Source: an uncultured virus (IMG/VR IMGVR_UViG_3300025391_000491)
Lineage: Duplodnaviria > Heunggongvirae > Uroviricota > Caudoviricetes
Length of the DNA: 61,771 bases
Virus record (IMG/VR): IMGVR_UViG_3300025391_000491
Strand: one strand, 5' to 3'
Position 1 is the stretch's first letter; each line of letters begins with the position of its first letter. The notes under the pieces were generated by a model. The model worked only from the letters and a program-made list of their open reading frames with translations, ran no database searches and was not told the origin of the DNA. Positions 46,957 through 56,442 of this stretch are shown one piece after another. Both the position numbers and the translations under genes were made by a program.

Positions 46957-48510
46957 TCAACGTTGGCGCTTGCGTCCCAGAGACTTTTCAGTACCCAAAC
47001 GTCCGTTATCGCCTGTGGCCTTAACTGAGCTTCTGGGCGGAATATAATCAACCAGCTCGCCGGCTTTATCAGCACTACCTGTAGTGGCAGAGTCTTCTTT
47101 GTTAGGTACAGCCTTGGGTTCCTTGTTGATATTGAATACCAGTTTGCCGCCCGAACTGGCAGTTGAGCTGTAACTCTTGGATGCCTCAAGGGTAACTTCG
47201 GTAAACAGCTTGCTGGGCCATACTGTGTTGAATCCCTGGATCACAAACTCGTCTCGACCTTTTTTGGCTTCGGTATACATCTGCACAAAGGCTGAATTGT
47301 TCAAGATATCAGCAGCAGCCTCACTGAAATTGGTCTTGGTATTGATCTCGTTGCAGACTTTGTAGGCAATACTGGACACCATGTGATTGATTGGTATGAT
47401 CTTGCTGGCATCGTCAGCGGTGCGGTCGTGATAGATTTTTTTGAGATTGACACTTAGCCCCGGTACTTGATCAATATCAAAGTTTGGGTCCCCGCTGTAT
47501 TTTGTCAAGTCCATGACTTGTTTGGCTTCTGCCTGGGTGATCATGCCTAAATCTATGGCCAGCTCTAATGGACCAGTGTTGTGATCCCCTCGATCTATAG
47601 TTTCCAAAATGTCTATGGTATCAGCATACTGTTCTCTAAATTGTGTCATACCGGCTGCTTCAAGTTCGCGCACACTTTTTAATAGATTTACGCTGGATGC
47701 CATGGCACCCTTGGCCCCTTTTGAGCTCAACTTGATCTGCTTGCCAGCAGGATTGATCAAGAGACTGTCGTAGAGATTTCCTGAAACCGATTGATTGAAA
47801 CTGACCACACAATCTGCAAATGACCCATCCATGAATACCTCGGCAGCCTTGGCAGCGTTTCCTCGTACCGGAATACCACGTATCAGTACTATAGGTTGTA
47901 GCATTTCGCAAAAGTAATCTCTGAAGCCGGCAAAATCCATGTTACCGGCTGGCACTGTGACTGGAAAACTGTCGGCGCTAGAAACTATTTCAGCGGCACG
48001 ATATTCTGCGCTGTCCAATCCAAACCTATCTCCAATCTGTACCAGGATGGATTCGGGAGTTTGGCTCTTGAATTCGGTCAAAACATCGCTGGGCTTGTAA
48101 CCTGCTTTTTCTTTGCTGCCACGAGCATCACCTTGGCTGAATCCGCCTGGTATGTCATCGGTTTGGAAGAATTTGTTTTGATCGTGGACAGGTTTGATGG
48201 TTTGTGCGAATTTGGCCAGATAGCGTGTGCCAACCGCGGTATCAAATGTTGCAATGGCAAATGCTCGATTGCTGTTGCTAGGTTGATTGACCTGCTCAAT
48301 GGGATGACCGATCTCTGCTTGGACCTGATCAAAAACACTTTCTGTTTCTTCTCGAGTGGCATAATTGCCTACTTTGGGATAGAATGTGAGATTTTGGAAA
48401 ACGATTTGGTCATCTGGATTATCTCCTCGCTTGTACACAGCACCAGGTTTACGGCCACTGAGTCCGCGGCTTTCGGCCAGATTATCGAGTAAGTTTAAAA
48501 GATCGCGCAT
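46957..48510 (-). CDS. hypothetical, probable internal virion protein
   Basis: MRDLLNLLDNLAES N-terminus and LGRKRQR C-terminus. Confidence 0.6.
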   Translation of the reverse strand: MRDLLNLLDNLAESRGLSGRKPGAVYKRGDNPDDQIVFQNLTFYPKVGNYATREETESVFDQVQAEIGHPIEQVNQPSNSNRAFAIATFDTAVGTRYLAKFAQTIKPVHDQNKFFQTDDIPGGFSQGDARGSKEKAGYKPSDVLTEFKSQTPESILVQIGDRFGLDSAEYRAAEIVSSADSFPVTVPAGNMDFAGFRDYFCEMLQPIVLIRGIPVRGNAAKAAEVFMDGSFADCVVSFNQSVSGNLYDSLLINPAGKQIKLSSKGAKGAMASSVNLLKSVRELEAAGMTQFREQYADTIDILETIDRGDHNTGPLELAIDLGMITQAEAKQVMDLTKYSGDPNFDIDQVPGLSVNLKKIYHDRTADDASKIIPINHMVSSIAYKVCNEINTKTNFSEAAADILNNSAFVQMYTEAKKGRDEFVIQGFNTVWPSKLFTEVTLEASKSYSSTASSGGKLVFNINKEPKAVPNKEDSATTGSADKAGELVDYIPPRSSVKATGDNGRLGTEKSLGRKRQR

Positions 48511-48589
48511 TTGATTTTTTCAATTAAGTATAATATACTTATGGAAGATCAACTATATACTAGTTCAAATTCACCACCAACTACTACAC

Positions 48590-49912
48590 ATGCCCAATCA
48601 ATCTATATTTTGCAACTCTCCATGGTACGAACTCCATGTCTATTGGGATGGTAGTCTAGGAATCTGTTGCCAAGAATCTCACAAACTGTATTCGCCAGAT
48701 CAGACACAATACAATATCAAACACATGACCATCATGGAATGGTTCAACAGCGAGCCAGTACGAAATTTTCGCAACAGCATTTTAGGATCAAGCAAGGTTT
48801 CTCAGTGCAGTCGTTGTTATAGTGAGGAGGATCATGGCGGTAACAGCCGGCGTTTCAAAAGCAATCAAAAGAGCGTAATCTTTACTCGTACTGCGTTTAA
48901 TGACAGTTTTCCACAAAGTCCTGGTTACAAACATTTTTCTTACAGTGCCGACCATGACGGTTATTCTACCAGGCATCCAATAGATTTGCATATTGATCTA
49001 GGAAATTTTTGCAATTTGGCTTGTAAAATGTGCGGACCCGAAGCCAGTAGCACCATTGCCAGTCAGCAGGTCAAGTGGGGCATAGAATCCAGTAGATCAT
49101 ATCTGGGCACTGACTGGACCAAGGACCAGTCAGTCTGGAACGATTTCAAACAGCAGTTGTTGGAAATACCACAACTGACCAACCTGCATTTTATGGGTGG
49201 TGAGACCTTGTTGACTCCGAGAATGGAGGATCTGGTAGATACCATGATCGAGCATGAAAAATTTGATCTGTGTTTCAGTTTTGTTTCCAATGGCACTGTG
49301 TTCAAGCCTGATTTGTTAAACAAACTGAAACAATTCCGTCGCGTGGGCATTGAGGTCAGTATAGAAACTCTGGACGCTCGTAATTCGTACACTCGTCAAG
49401 GCACAGATACTGCACAAGTTTTGGAGAACATTCAACTTTATCTTGATTATTGCAACAACAGCTCGATCACACTGACGTTGAGACCGGCAATAAGTCTGCT
49501 GACTATTGGGTCCTATGTTGGACTGTTACAGTATGCTCTGGATCGCGAATTGATTGTAAAAGGCCTGATCTGTCAGACGCCTAGATTTTTGAGTGTGGAG
49601 ATATTGCCTTCTGAGATAAAACAACTGTATCGACCGCAGTTTGAAACATTCCTGGAATCGATTGAAGATGTGGAAATTGGTGGTGATTACAATGCCAGTG
49701 ATCCGCACAACTACAAAAAAATAATCAAGGAACAGGCCAAACTGTGTTTGAATCTACTGAAAACCGCGACACCGCCCGACAGTGATCAGCAGTTGGAATT
49801 GATGACTCGCCATTGCGAACGTTGGGATCGTGTGTACGGGCACGACGCCATGCTCCTGTTTCCTGAATTACAAAACATACTGTCGCAACACACCTATGAC
49901 ATATCCAGTTAA
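48590..49912 (+). CDS. radical SAM protein with N-terminal SPASM/twitch-like domain
   Basis: CNLACKMC, GGE, SNGT. N-terminal C..PW..CC..CSRC. Confidence 0.88.
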   Translation: MPNQSIFCNSPWYELHVYWDGSLGICCQESHKLYSPDQTQYNIKHMTIMEWFNSEPVRNFRNSILGSSKVSQCSRCYSEEDHGGNSRRFKSNQKSVIFTRTAFNDSFPQSPGYKHFSYSADHDGYSTRHPIDLHIDLGNFCNLACKMCGPEASSTIASQQVKWGIESSRSYLGTDWTKDQSVWNDFKQQLLEIPQLTNLHFMGGETLLTPRMEDLVDTMIEHEKFDLCFSFVSNGTVFKPDLLNKLKQFRRVGIEVSIETLDARNSYTRQGTDTAQVLENIQLYLDYCNNSSITLTLRPAISLLTIGSYVGLLQYALDRELIVKGLICQTPRFLSVEILPSEIKQLYRPQFETFLESIEDVEIGGDYNASDPHNYKKIIKEQAKLCLNLLKTATPPDSDQQLELMTRHCERWDRVYGHDAMLLFPELQNILSQHTYDISS

Positions 49913-50360
49913 ACTGTCGGTGGTATTACGACCCATCTGGCACGCCGAACCGCCGCAGATACGGGTAGGTATTGAACCCGATCTGACCAAAATTTGGTTG
50001 ACAGAAACTACCAAATTTGATTTTGAGTTTGAAACTGATCAGCCAGTCTGTCTAAGCGTGGAATTTTTAAACAAGACTGATCAAGATTGTATTCCAGATC
50101 AAATTTTGGACAAAGCCGTGGTCATAGAATCTGTGAGTTTTTTTGATATCACAGATCCTAAATTTGCGTGGGCTGGCATCTATGAGCCTGTATATCCCGA
50201 ACCATGGGCAACCCAACAACGCAATCAAGGTGTTGTACTAGAGCAACAGCTTAGTCTGAATACCTATTTGGGGTGGAATGGCAAGTGGACGCTGACATTT
50301 GGTGTACCTGTTTTCAGCTGGATACACCATGTGCAAAATCTGGGTTGGATTTATGATTGA
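49896..50360 (+). CDS. hypothetical protein
   Basis: Overlaps the radical SAM stop. YLGWNGKW motif. Confidence 0.6.
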   Translation: MTYPVKLSVVLRPIWHAEPPQIRVGIEPDLTKIWLTETTKFDFEFETDQPVCLSVEFLNKTDQDCIPDQILDKAVVIESVSFFDITDPKFAWAGIYEPVYPEPWATQQRNQGVVLEQQLSLNTYLGWNGKWTLTFGVPVFSWIHHVQNLGWIYD

Positions 50361-50391
50361 CTCAAAATGGCTATTATAATATACTAATATT

Positions 50392-50538
50392 ATGATAAAA
50401 ATCCAGCAAAAACCACGTCGAACCCGGGCACACATGGTGTTGTTTATTCGCAACACTCCATTCCGCCCCCAGCGTGTGGAGCCCAAAAACCTATATCGTC
50501 GCCAAGAAAAACACAAGAATCGTGTGGATTTTGGTTGA
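50392..50538 (+). CDS. ArfA-like ribosome rescue peptide (48 aa, not in the ORF track)
   Basis: MIKIQQKPRRTRAHMVLFIRNTPFRPQRVEPKNLYRRQEKHKNRVDFG resembles the ArfA PLFRQRVE..YxRKGKH core. Confidence 0.55.
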   Translation: MIKIQQKPRRTRAHMVLFIRNTPFRPQRVEPKNLYRRQEKHKNRVDFG

Positions 50539-50574
50539 CCCAAAACGGCATTTCGGTTATAATAGTAGTATATT
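50533..50574 (+). promoter_or_regulatory. repeated early promoter module, copy 4
   Basis: TTGACC(50535)-17-TATAAT(50558)-AGTAGTATA. Confidence 0.85.
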
Positions 50575-50591
50575 AACAATAAGGAGTAGAT

Positions 50592-51026
50592 ATGACAACA
50601 GTTCAATTTGCAGGTTTTAGTCGTTTGAATGGTGAGTTAAAATTCCGTACTGCCAACGACGTCAAACGTATCGATCAGTTGCGTAAACTGGGCGACACTG
50701 ATGTGGTTATCCTTGCATTGCCTACAGAAATGACCAAGAATGATGCTGCTCGGTTTGTGCTCACTAACTTGGCTGTCAGTTATCCAGATTTCAATAATGT
50801 TGAAGCAACGGCTTTATTGGAAGGGTTGATACAAGATAAGAACCCGTCAGCCAAGCCACAAGCTCAAAAAAAGCCACGCAATCCGGTCAAAGTAACAGTA
50901 CCAAACATGGCCAAGGTCAAGTTGACTGGTGCCACGGTCAAGTTTGAAAAACTCACAGCCAAACAGGCTGCTGAGATCCGTGCCGAATTCAACGAACAGG
51001 TGCGAGTCGCATTCGAAGCCAACTGA
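50592..51026 (+). CDS. hypothetical early protein
   Basis: AAGGAG RBS after the promoter. Confidence 0.7.
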   Translation: MTTVQFAGFSRLNGELKFRTANDVKRIDQLRKLGDTDVVILALPTEMTKNDAARFVLTNLAVSYPDFNNVEATALLEGLIQDKNPSAKPQAQKKPRNPVKVTVPNMAKVKLTGATVKFEKLTAKQAAEIRAEFNEQVRVAFEAN

Positions 51027-51066
51027 CATGTACACAATCACAATCTTGCTGGATCTAGAATAGCTC

Positions 51067-52137
51067 ATGCGAATAAATCTAATTGGACAACGCAACAGTT
51101 CGGGCATTGGCAATCATTTTGCAGCCTTTGCAGATGCCATACAGGCACTGGACACTGTGGGTAGCTGTGTGCAGGAACTGGATTTCCAGAATACCGATGC
51201 CATAGTGTCGGCAGCACGTGCCAGTACCGAACAGGATGTGACCATCAGCTTTGTGGGCATGAACATACACGATCTGTTCCGAGGCACCCGGATACAGTGG
51301 ATAGTTTTTGAAAGCACTCGTATTCCAGTCGATGTGTTACGGTCGGCTGAACAGGCCGATCTGGTATGGGTACCTACCAAGTGGGGACGGGATGTCTTGA
51401 TCGCCAACGGCATCGACAGTGACAAGATAGACATAGTGCCCGAAGGTGTCAATCATACCTTGTTCCATCCCCACGCTAGATCCCAGCAACCGCGTCCTTT
51501 TAGATTCCTGATCGTGGGCAAGTATGAAGTACGCAAGAGCTATGCCGAGCTGTTTGAAGCGTTTGGTCGCACATTTGGCAATGATCCGGGCGTGGAACTG
51601 GTCATGAAAAGCGACTACTTCCGCAACGGTGATGCCAAGGCCCAGCAGATGATTGCTGCGATCAAGAGTTACGGATTTGACAACTGGCGACTCAACTGGG
51701 GTTATGCGGATCTCACAAGCATAGCCGAAATGTATCGCACCGCAGATGTGTTCTTGAGCGCACCCAGAGGCGAAGCCTGGGGCTTGCCCATCATAGAAGC
51801 AGCTGCCAGTGGCTTGCCCATTATCAGCACCATGTACTCGGGTCATGCTGAATTTCTCAAACCCATACGCACCAGTGTGCTGGACGTGGCCTGGAATCTG
51901 CGTCCTGTGGACTGTGACGAATACAAAAGTTACTATCCATTTCCGGATGGCGACTGGGGACAATGGGCGGTGCCTAGGATAGCCAGCATCCAACAGGCCT
52001 TGCAAACGGCACGTGACAATCATGCAGACTTGAGCGCAAAGGCACGGGCCAACAGCACAATCATACGGTCTCGATTTACCTGGTCAGCCAGCGCCGATCA
52101 AGCAGTGGCCAGCCTAGAACTGCGAGGACTGATCTAG
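51067..52137 (+). CDS. GT-B (GT4-like) glycosyltransferase
   Basis: RKS, ADVFLS..RGEAWGLPIIEAAASGLPII. Confidence 0.88.
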   Translation: MRINLIGQRNSSGIGNHFAAFADAIQALDTVGSCVQELDFQNTDAIVSAARASTEQDVTISFVGMNIHDLFRGTRIQWIVFESTRIPVDVLRSAEQADLVWVPTKWGRDVLIANGIDSDKIDIVPEGVNHTLFHPHARSQQPRPFRFLIVGKYEVRKSYAELFEAFGRTFGNDPGVELVMKSDYFRNGDAKAQQMIAAIKSYGFDNWRLNWGYADLTSIAEMYRTADVFLSAPRGEAWGLPIIEAAASGLPIISTMYSGHAEFLKPIRTSVLDVAWNLRPVDCDEYKSYYPFPDGDWGQWAVPRIASIQQALQTARDNHADLSAKARANSTIIRSRFTWSASADQAVASLELRGLI

Positions 52138-52421
52138 TGTACACTTATCATGCCCAAAACACCTGTGTGCCCAGATCAGATCTCAGAGCCCGGTTGTTCA
52201 TGATCGGTCATGTTGACTTGTACGATTTGGTCAATCACAATCCTGATCTCAGAATGGTACCCATACAATATCTGGAACCCATGAGATCTGCTCTCAAGCA
52301 GTTGGGTTATCGAGCCCGGATCCGCTACCGAGGACCGCACAAACAGCAACAAGACACGCACAAACATCTTGCCAGAGCTTTTACCGTTTACTTTAAGGAA
52401 CCGTTGACATGTATGCTTTGA
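52137..52421 (+). CDS. hypothetical protein
   Basis: Coupled ORF with RIRYRGP motif. Confidence 0.55.
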   Translation: MYTYHAQNTCVPRSDLRARLFMIGHVDLYDLVNHNPDLRMVPIQYLEPMRSALKQLGYRARIRYRGPHKQQQDTHKHLARAFTVYFKEPLTCML

Positions 52422-52627
52422 TTTTCCTAGCTGTCACAGCCGGCACTAGTCCGGCCATTTTGGGCACCTATCACACACAAAACGCCTGTCAGCGAGTTCT
52501 GCGTGCAGTTTGGCAAGCCAGAATGTTTCCGCCCGGTGTTGCAAACACGCCACAGACACAGCAAGCGGTTGACATAAAATTGCAATATCAGAGAGATTTC
52601 CTGTGCATTCCTGTTGATCCAGATTGA
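52409..52627 (+). CDS. small exported hypothetical protein
   Basis: Hydrophobic N-terminus and two Cys. Confidence 0.5.
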   Translation: MYALIFLAVTAGTSPAILGTYHTQNACQRVLRAVWQARMFPPGVANTPQTQQAVDIKLQYQRDFLCIPVDPD

Positions 52628-52633
52628 CCAAAC

Positions 52634-52675
52634 GGTTGACCCAAAATGACAGATCGGTTATAATAGTAGTATAGT
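52634..52675 (+). promoter_or_regulatory. repeated early promoter module, copy 5
   Basis: TTGACC(52636)-17-TATAAT(52659)-AGTAGTATAGT. Confidence 0.85.
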
Positions 52676-52694
52676 AAACAACAAGGAGCATTAA

Positions 52695-52925
52695 ATGACT
52701 GAATTCGAACGTAATTGTTATGGTATCTCAGAAGCACAAATCCGCAGAGATTATTTACAAGGCATCAGTGCCAAACTCAGCGGTCTTGAAATGACAGCCA
52801 TGGGTGTTTTGAGTGATGCTCAAGAAATGTTGACAGGTGGCGCCAGCAAAGATGCTGTGCGTAAACAGATCAACATTGCCAAGTTTATCCTGTGTGAGAT
52901 ACTTGAATCCAAACAAACAGCCTAA
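52695..52925 (+). CDS. small hypothetical early protein
   Basis: AAGGAG RBS. Confidence 0.7.
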   Translation: MTEFERNCYGISEAQIRRDYLQGISAKLSGLEMTAMGVLSDAQEMLTGGASKDAVRKQINIAKFILCEILESKQTA

Positions 52926-52933
52926 GAACCACT

Positions 52934-53158
52934 ATGGGTTATGTAGTCTACGAAAAAGAATATGGTGGTGCCCAACACTACTACAAAAAAGAGTCTGTAG
53001 CGAAAGCCCAGGTCACTAGACTGAACAAACAGCTCTATGCCGGGTATGGTAGAGAAGTAGCTTACTGTAGTTGGGCCGATTATGAACTCATGTTGCAAGG
53101 TATGGATCCAGCCCAGATTAGATTTTATAGATTTGTCTCGCACCCCCTAAACACCTAA
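52934..53158 (+). CDS. hypothetical protein
   Basis: 74-aa ORF in the operon. Confidence 0.55.
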   Translation: MGYVVYEKEYGGAQHYYKKESVAKAQVTRLNKQLYAGYGREVAYCSWADYELMLQGMDPAQIRFYRFVSHPLNT

Positions 53159-53167
53159 GGAGCAGAT

Positions 53168-53395
53168 ATGTACAAAAGTGACGTTACCGAATATGACACC
53201 CGACATGGTGGACCTTGGGACCGTGGAAGTGCAGATTCCTGGTACGATAGACCGTTTGATCCGCACTACTATCAGGCCGGTACTGGTGTCAGCGAACGAG
53301 TAGAATTGGCCGACATGACCGCAGAAGAGATTGTTGCATACTCGGCCGGTTACAACTGGAATGAAACCCACGGTAGCAAAAAGGATTGGGCGTAA
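53168..53395 (+). CDS. hypothetical phage protein
   Basis: RHGGPWDRGSADSWY motif, AAGGAG RBS. Confidence 0.7.
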   Translation: MYKSDVTEYDTRHGGPWDRGSADSWYDRPFDPHYYQAGTGVSERVELADMTAEEIVAYSAGYNWNETHGSKKDWA

Positions 53396-53775
53396 TGAAG
53401 ATACTTGAAGAAATCACAGTATGGGATCAAGAATATGATGTACCCAATCATGTGTACTTTGTGAACGACAGCAAGGACAAGATGTTTGCTTATGTGGCAT
53501 CGGGCTCGGTCCGGGTGCAAGAGTTCAAGCAACCCATCCGATTCAGCACCAGCCGTCGCAAGTTCAAGGAAGTTGAAAATCGTTGGAACTTTATGCTTGA
53601 GGAAGAGAAACCAGTAGAGTCCACGGGCAAAGAGTATCGTGTGCCCGGATCACAAGGTGCTGTTTATACTGTGACTGACGATCGGGGTAGCTGGACCTGC
53701 ACCTGCCCAGTTGCGAAATGGCAACGGAGAGAGTGCAAACATATCGTTCAATTAAAAGCCGTATCGACCCTTTAA
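53395..53775 (+). CDS. SWIM zinc-finger protein
   Basis: YTV..WTCTCP..ECKHI. Confidence 0.75.
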   Translation: MKILEEITVWDQEYDVPNHVYFVNDSKDKMFAYVASGSVRVQEFKQPIRFSTSRRKFKEVENRWNFMLEEEKPVESTGKEYRVPGSQGAVYTVTDDRGSWTCTCPVAKWQRRECKHIVQLKAVSTL

Positions 53776-54468
53776 GGAATTGTAGTCTTGTTGTATTTGG
53801 TCTGCTGTTAGGGCACGACCATACACGGCTACAACGGGAATGTCACCATACCAGTAGTTGTCGCCATAGGCCACATTTTCGTTGCCATTGCTGACCCATT
53901 GACTAAATGCTATTGAGTTGGTTCCTACAGGTTGACCGTTAAGGTAATAAGTTACCAAACCACCGGTAGTCTGTGTAACTGCGGCAACGAACCATTGATT
54001 GGTAGTGATAGACAAGTTGTTGCTGAATCCACCACCGCCTCCAGCACTCCAATGTATTTGATAAACACCTGCGCTAGGACTGTAAATATAGGTATTAAAG
54101 TTTCTAGTTCCTGCGGCTGTGCCAAACATACAGCGGAAAGTGCTGGCGGTAATAGCAGTTAGTCTGGCCACAATGAATACAGTTTTACCTGTGTAGGTTT
54201 GATTGTATTTGGCTGTGGGCGTTCCAGCATATTGAGTGCCAGCACCATTGAAAGAGAAGTAGCTGTTTGCACCACTGCTGACGAATGTAGGACTGCCTAC
54301 CAAGGTAGCATTGTTGGTATTGGTAGACAAGTCAGTCCAAGTAGTTCCCGAACCAGAATAACTAGCGGCCTGCCCAGCATCTAGATATAGCAAGGCACCG
54401 TTGCTATTAAACGATGAGTCATAAACCGTAAATCCTTGTATGTTGGTGCCTTGAATAATTGTTGTCAT
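53752..54468 (-). CDS. LamG/concanavalin A-like lectin virion protein
   Basis: LLYLDAG..SYSGSGTTWTDLS, YLNG, YGRALTADQIQQDY. Confidence 0.8.
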   Translation of the reverse strand: MTTIIQGTNIQGFTVYDSSFNSNGALLYLDAGQAASYSGSGTTWTDLSTNTNNATLVGSPTFVSSGANSYFSFNGAGTQYAGTPTAKYNQTYTGKTVFIVARLTAITASTFRCMFGTAAGTRNFNTYIYSPSAGVYQIHWSAGGGGGFSNNLSITTNQWFVAAVTQTTGGLVTYYLNGQPVGTNSIAFSQWVSNGNENVAYGDNYWYGDIPVVAVYGRALTADQIQQDYNSLKGRYGF

Positions 54469-55184
54469 ACCCCAAACCGTCCCTTCAACCCATAGTAGTT
54501 TTGTTGAATTTGTTCTAAGGTAAGTTTAGTATTATACAACTCTAAATTGGCCACATAGCCCCAGGGTTGATCTGCGGAACCTTGTATGTTGCCCCAGGCA
54601 TAGTGATACTGCCCTGATACCGATTTAAATACCGGTTGACCAACCAGTTGACCATTGATGTAGAATACTTGTCCTGCGGCATCGCCTATTGTGGCAAACT
54701 GTGCCCAAACATCACCATAGGCTGACATGTTGTAGGTTGAGCTGTTGAACCCGGTGAGTGTGGCGTTGTCCCACATGCCCAAGATATTGGTCCCGGTGTT
54801 GACAATAATAGCATGTCCACCGTTGGGTCGGCTGCCGTTGGCTTGATAACCTCTTAAAAGAGTTCTGTAACCAGTTGTGGTGGATCTTACACGCACCCAA
54901 CTGATGTAGGTAAATGCTGTGGGTATCTGTATGTCGACTGAATTGGCGGTAATAACTTGTCCAGTAGCAGAGCAGTTGAAACATTTAACACCACTCAACA
55001 CAGTGTAGAGGTTGCTGTTGCTGAGAGTATGAGTGTAGCCATTGCCCGACAGGTCATTGAGCGTGGTGCCTGTGCCTGAATAACTTGAACTATTGTTAGC
55101 ATCAAGATACAGCACTAAACCAGTGGGCATGACCCCACCATCTACAACTCTTGTTCCTCGGAGTGTTACGCCTTGAACAATCAT
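54465..55184 (-). CDS. LamG/concanavalin A-like lectin virion protein
   Basis: Paralogue of the neighbour: LVLYLDAN..SYSGTG..DLSGNG, YING, YNTKLTLEQIQQNY. Confidence 0.8.
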   Translation of the reverse strand: MIVQGVTLRGTRVVDGGVMPTGLVLYLDANNSSSYSGTGTTLNDLSGNGYTHTLSNSNLYTVLSGVKCFNCSATGQVITANSVDIQIPTAFTYISWVRVRSTTTGYRTLLRGYQANGSRPNGGHAIIVNTGTNILGMWDNATLTGFNSSTYNMSAYGDVWAQFATIGDAAGQVFYINGQLVGQPVFKSVSGQYHYAWGNIQGSADQPWGYVANLELYNTKLTLEQIQQNYYGLKGRFGV

Positions 55185-55185
55185 A

Positions 55186-56430
55186 TTAACCTAGGAACGC
55201 CACTGACCAGTTGTCGTTGCCATCAAAAATAAGTGAACCAACAGTTACTTTAAGTGTAAGTGTGTCTCCTGCCGCCAGTTTTGATACCGTGCCAACACCA
55301 AAATGATTAATACTAGGGTTGGCACCTGATTCCCACATGACTTGATTTACATTACCTGACCCATAGTTTTTGATAACAATGGCCTGTGCGCTTGGTGAAG
55401 TATTATTTGCCACACGGCAAACAAGATTTAATTGATATAGACCAGCCACGGGTGCGGTAAACACCCCTGTTGACGAATTCAAGTAACCGCCTTGATTGTA
55501 ATCCACTGCCCAGTTGTTGCCGTTTAGAATGCCTGTGCCGTTGGTTGTAGTGCTCCAGATTGATGAACTATTGCCATACACACGGAATGCTGGCAAGTTT
55601 GGAATTTTGACGCCGCCCGAGCCAGATACAGTAACATTGCCGGCAACACTTACTGTATTGCCAAACTGTGCCGGAGTACTTGCTGTAACAATCAACTGTC
55701 CGGTGCCGTTTGGATCAACGGTAATATTACCATTTGTGACGCTGGTCATTGTGGTGTTGGCACTGAACACCAAATCCCCGTTTGTGGGCAGGGTTACGTT
55801 GCCGGTGTTGTCAAAAGTCCAAGTATATGATCCAGCAACTATGCCTACGTTGGCCTGTGCTCCAACCACGTTGCCAGCAATTGAAATGTTTCCAATTAGG
55901 TTACCGGCTGTAATATTACCACTAGTAGAAATAGTATTGCTACCGTATGCAGCCAAGAAAGTAGCCACGTTTGAGTTGCCGTATGTTGCTGGTAGGCCAG
56001 TTAACTGACTACCGTTACCAAAGATATAAGCACCTGTGATATTGCCGGCAGAACTGATTACGGATTGTGAGTTGGCCAATAGAATATCGCCACCAGTTGG
56101 AACGGTCAAGTTACCAGTGTTGTCAAAGGTCCAGGTATAGCTACCGGCTACTAGTTGAACATTTGGACTTGTTCCTGTTACGTTACCTGTGATGCTAATA
56201 TTACCAATCAAGTTACCGGCTGTAATATTACCACTAGTAGAAATAGTATTGCTACCGTATGCGGCCAAGAAAGTAGCCACGTTTGCGTTGCCATAGCTTG
56301 CGGCAATACCGGTCAGTTGCGATCCGTTACCCAGTATGTAATTGCCTGAAACGTTGCCAGTGGTAGAAACCACCGTGTTACTAATTACATTGTTAGCCTT
56401 GATGTTTATGTACGAACTTAGATCAGCCAT
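55186..56430 (-). CDS. tail fibre protein with C-terminal C1q-like domain
   Basis: GN-rich repeats. PAFRVY..TGVFTAPVAGLY..LAAGDTL. Confidence 0.75.
   Translation of the reverse strand: MADLSSYINIKANNVISNTVVSTTGNVSGNYILGNGSQLTGIAASYGNANVATFLAAYGSNTISTSGNITAGNLIGNISITGNVTGTSPNVQLVAGSYTWTFDNTGNLTVPTGGDILLANSQSVISSAGNITGAYIFGNGSQLTGLPATYGNSNVATFLAAYGSNTISTSGNITAGNLIGNISIAGNVVGAQANVGIVAGSYTWTFDNTGNVTLPTNGDLVFSANTTMTSVTNGNITVDPNGTGQLIVTASTPAQFGNTVSVAGNVTVSGSGGVKIPNLPAFRVYGNSSSIWSTTTNGTGILNGNNWAVDYNQGGYLNSSTGVFTAPVAGLYQLNLVCRVANNTSPSAQAIVIKNYGSGNVNQVMWESGANPSINHFGVGTVSKLAAGDTLTLKVTVGSLIFDGNDNWSVAFLG
55900..56285. repeat. 312-bp-period internal duplication in the fibre gene
   Basis: 55900-55973 and 56212-56285 are nearly identical. 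Confidence 0.8.
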
Positions 56431-56442
56431 TTGTTTTCCTCG

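Noticed and set aside
46957..48510. PD-(D/E)XK nuclease call from YDSLL..KLSSK
   Set aside because: The motif is too weak to support without a profile search, so it is left as hypothetical.
53752..56430. Diversity-generating retroelement target
   Set aside because: No reverse transcriptase and no template/variable repeat pair with adenine-specific mismatches was seen.
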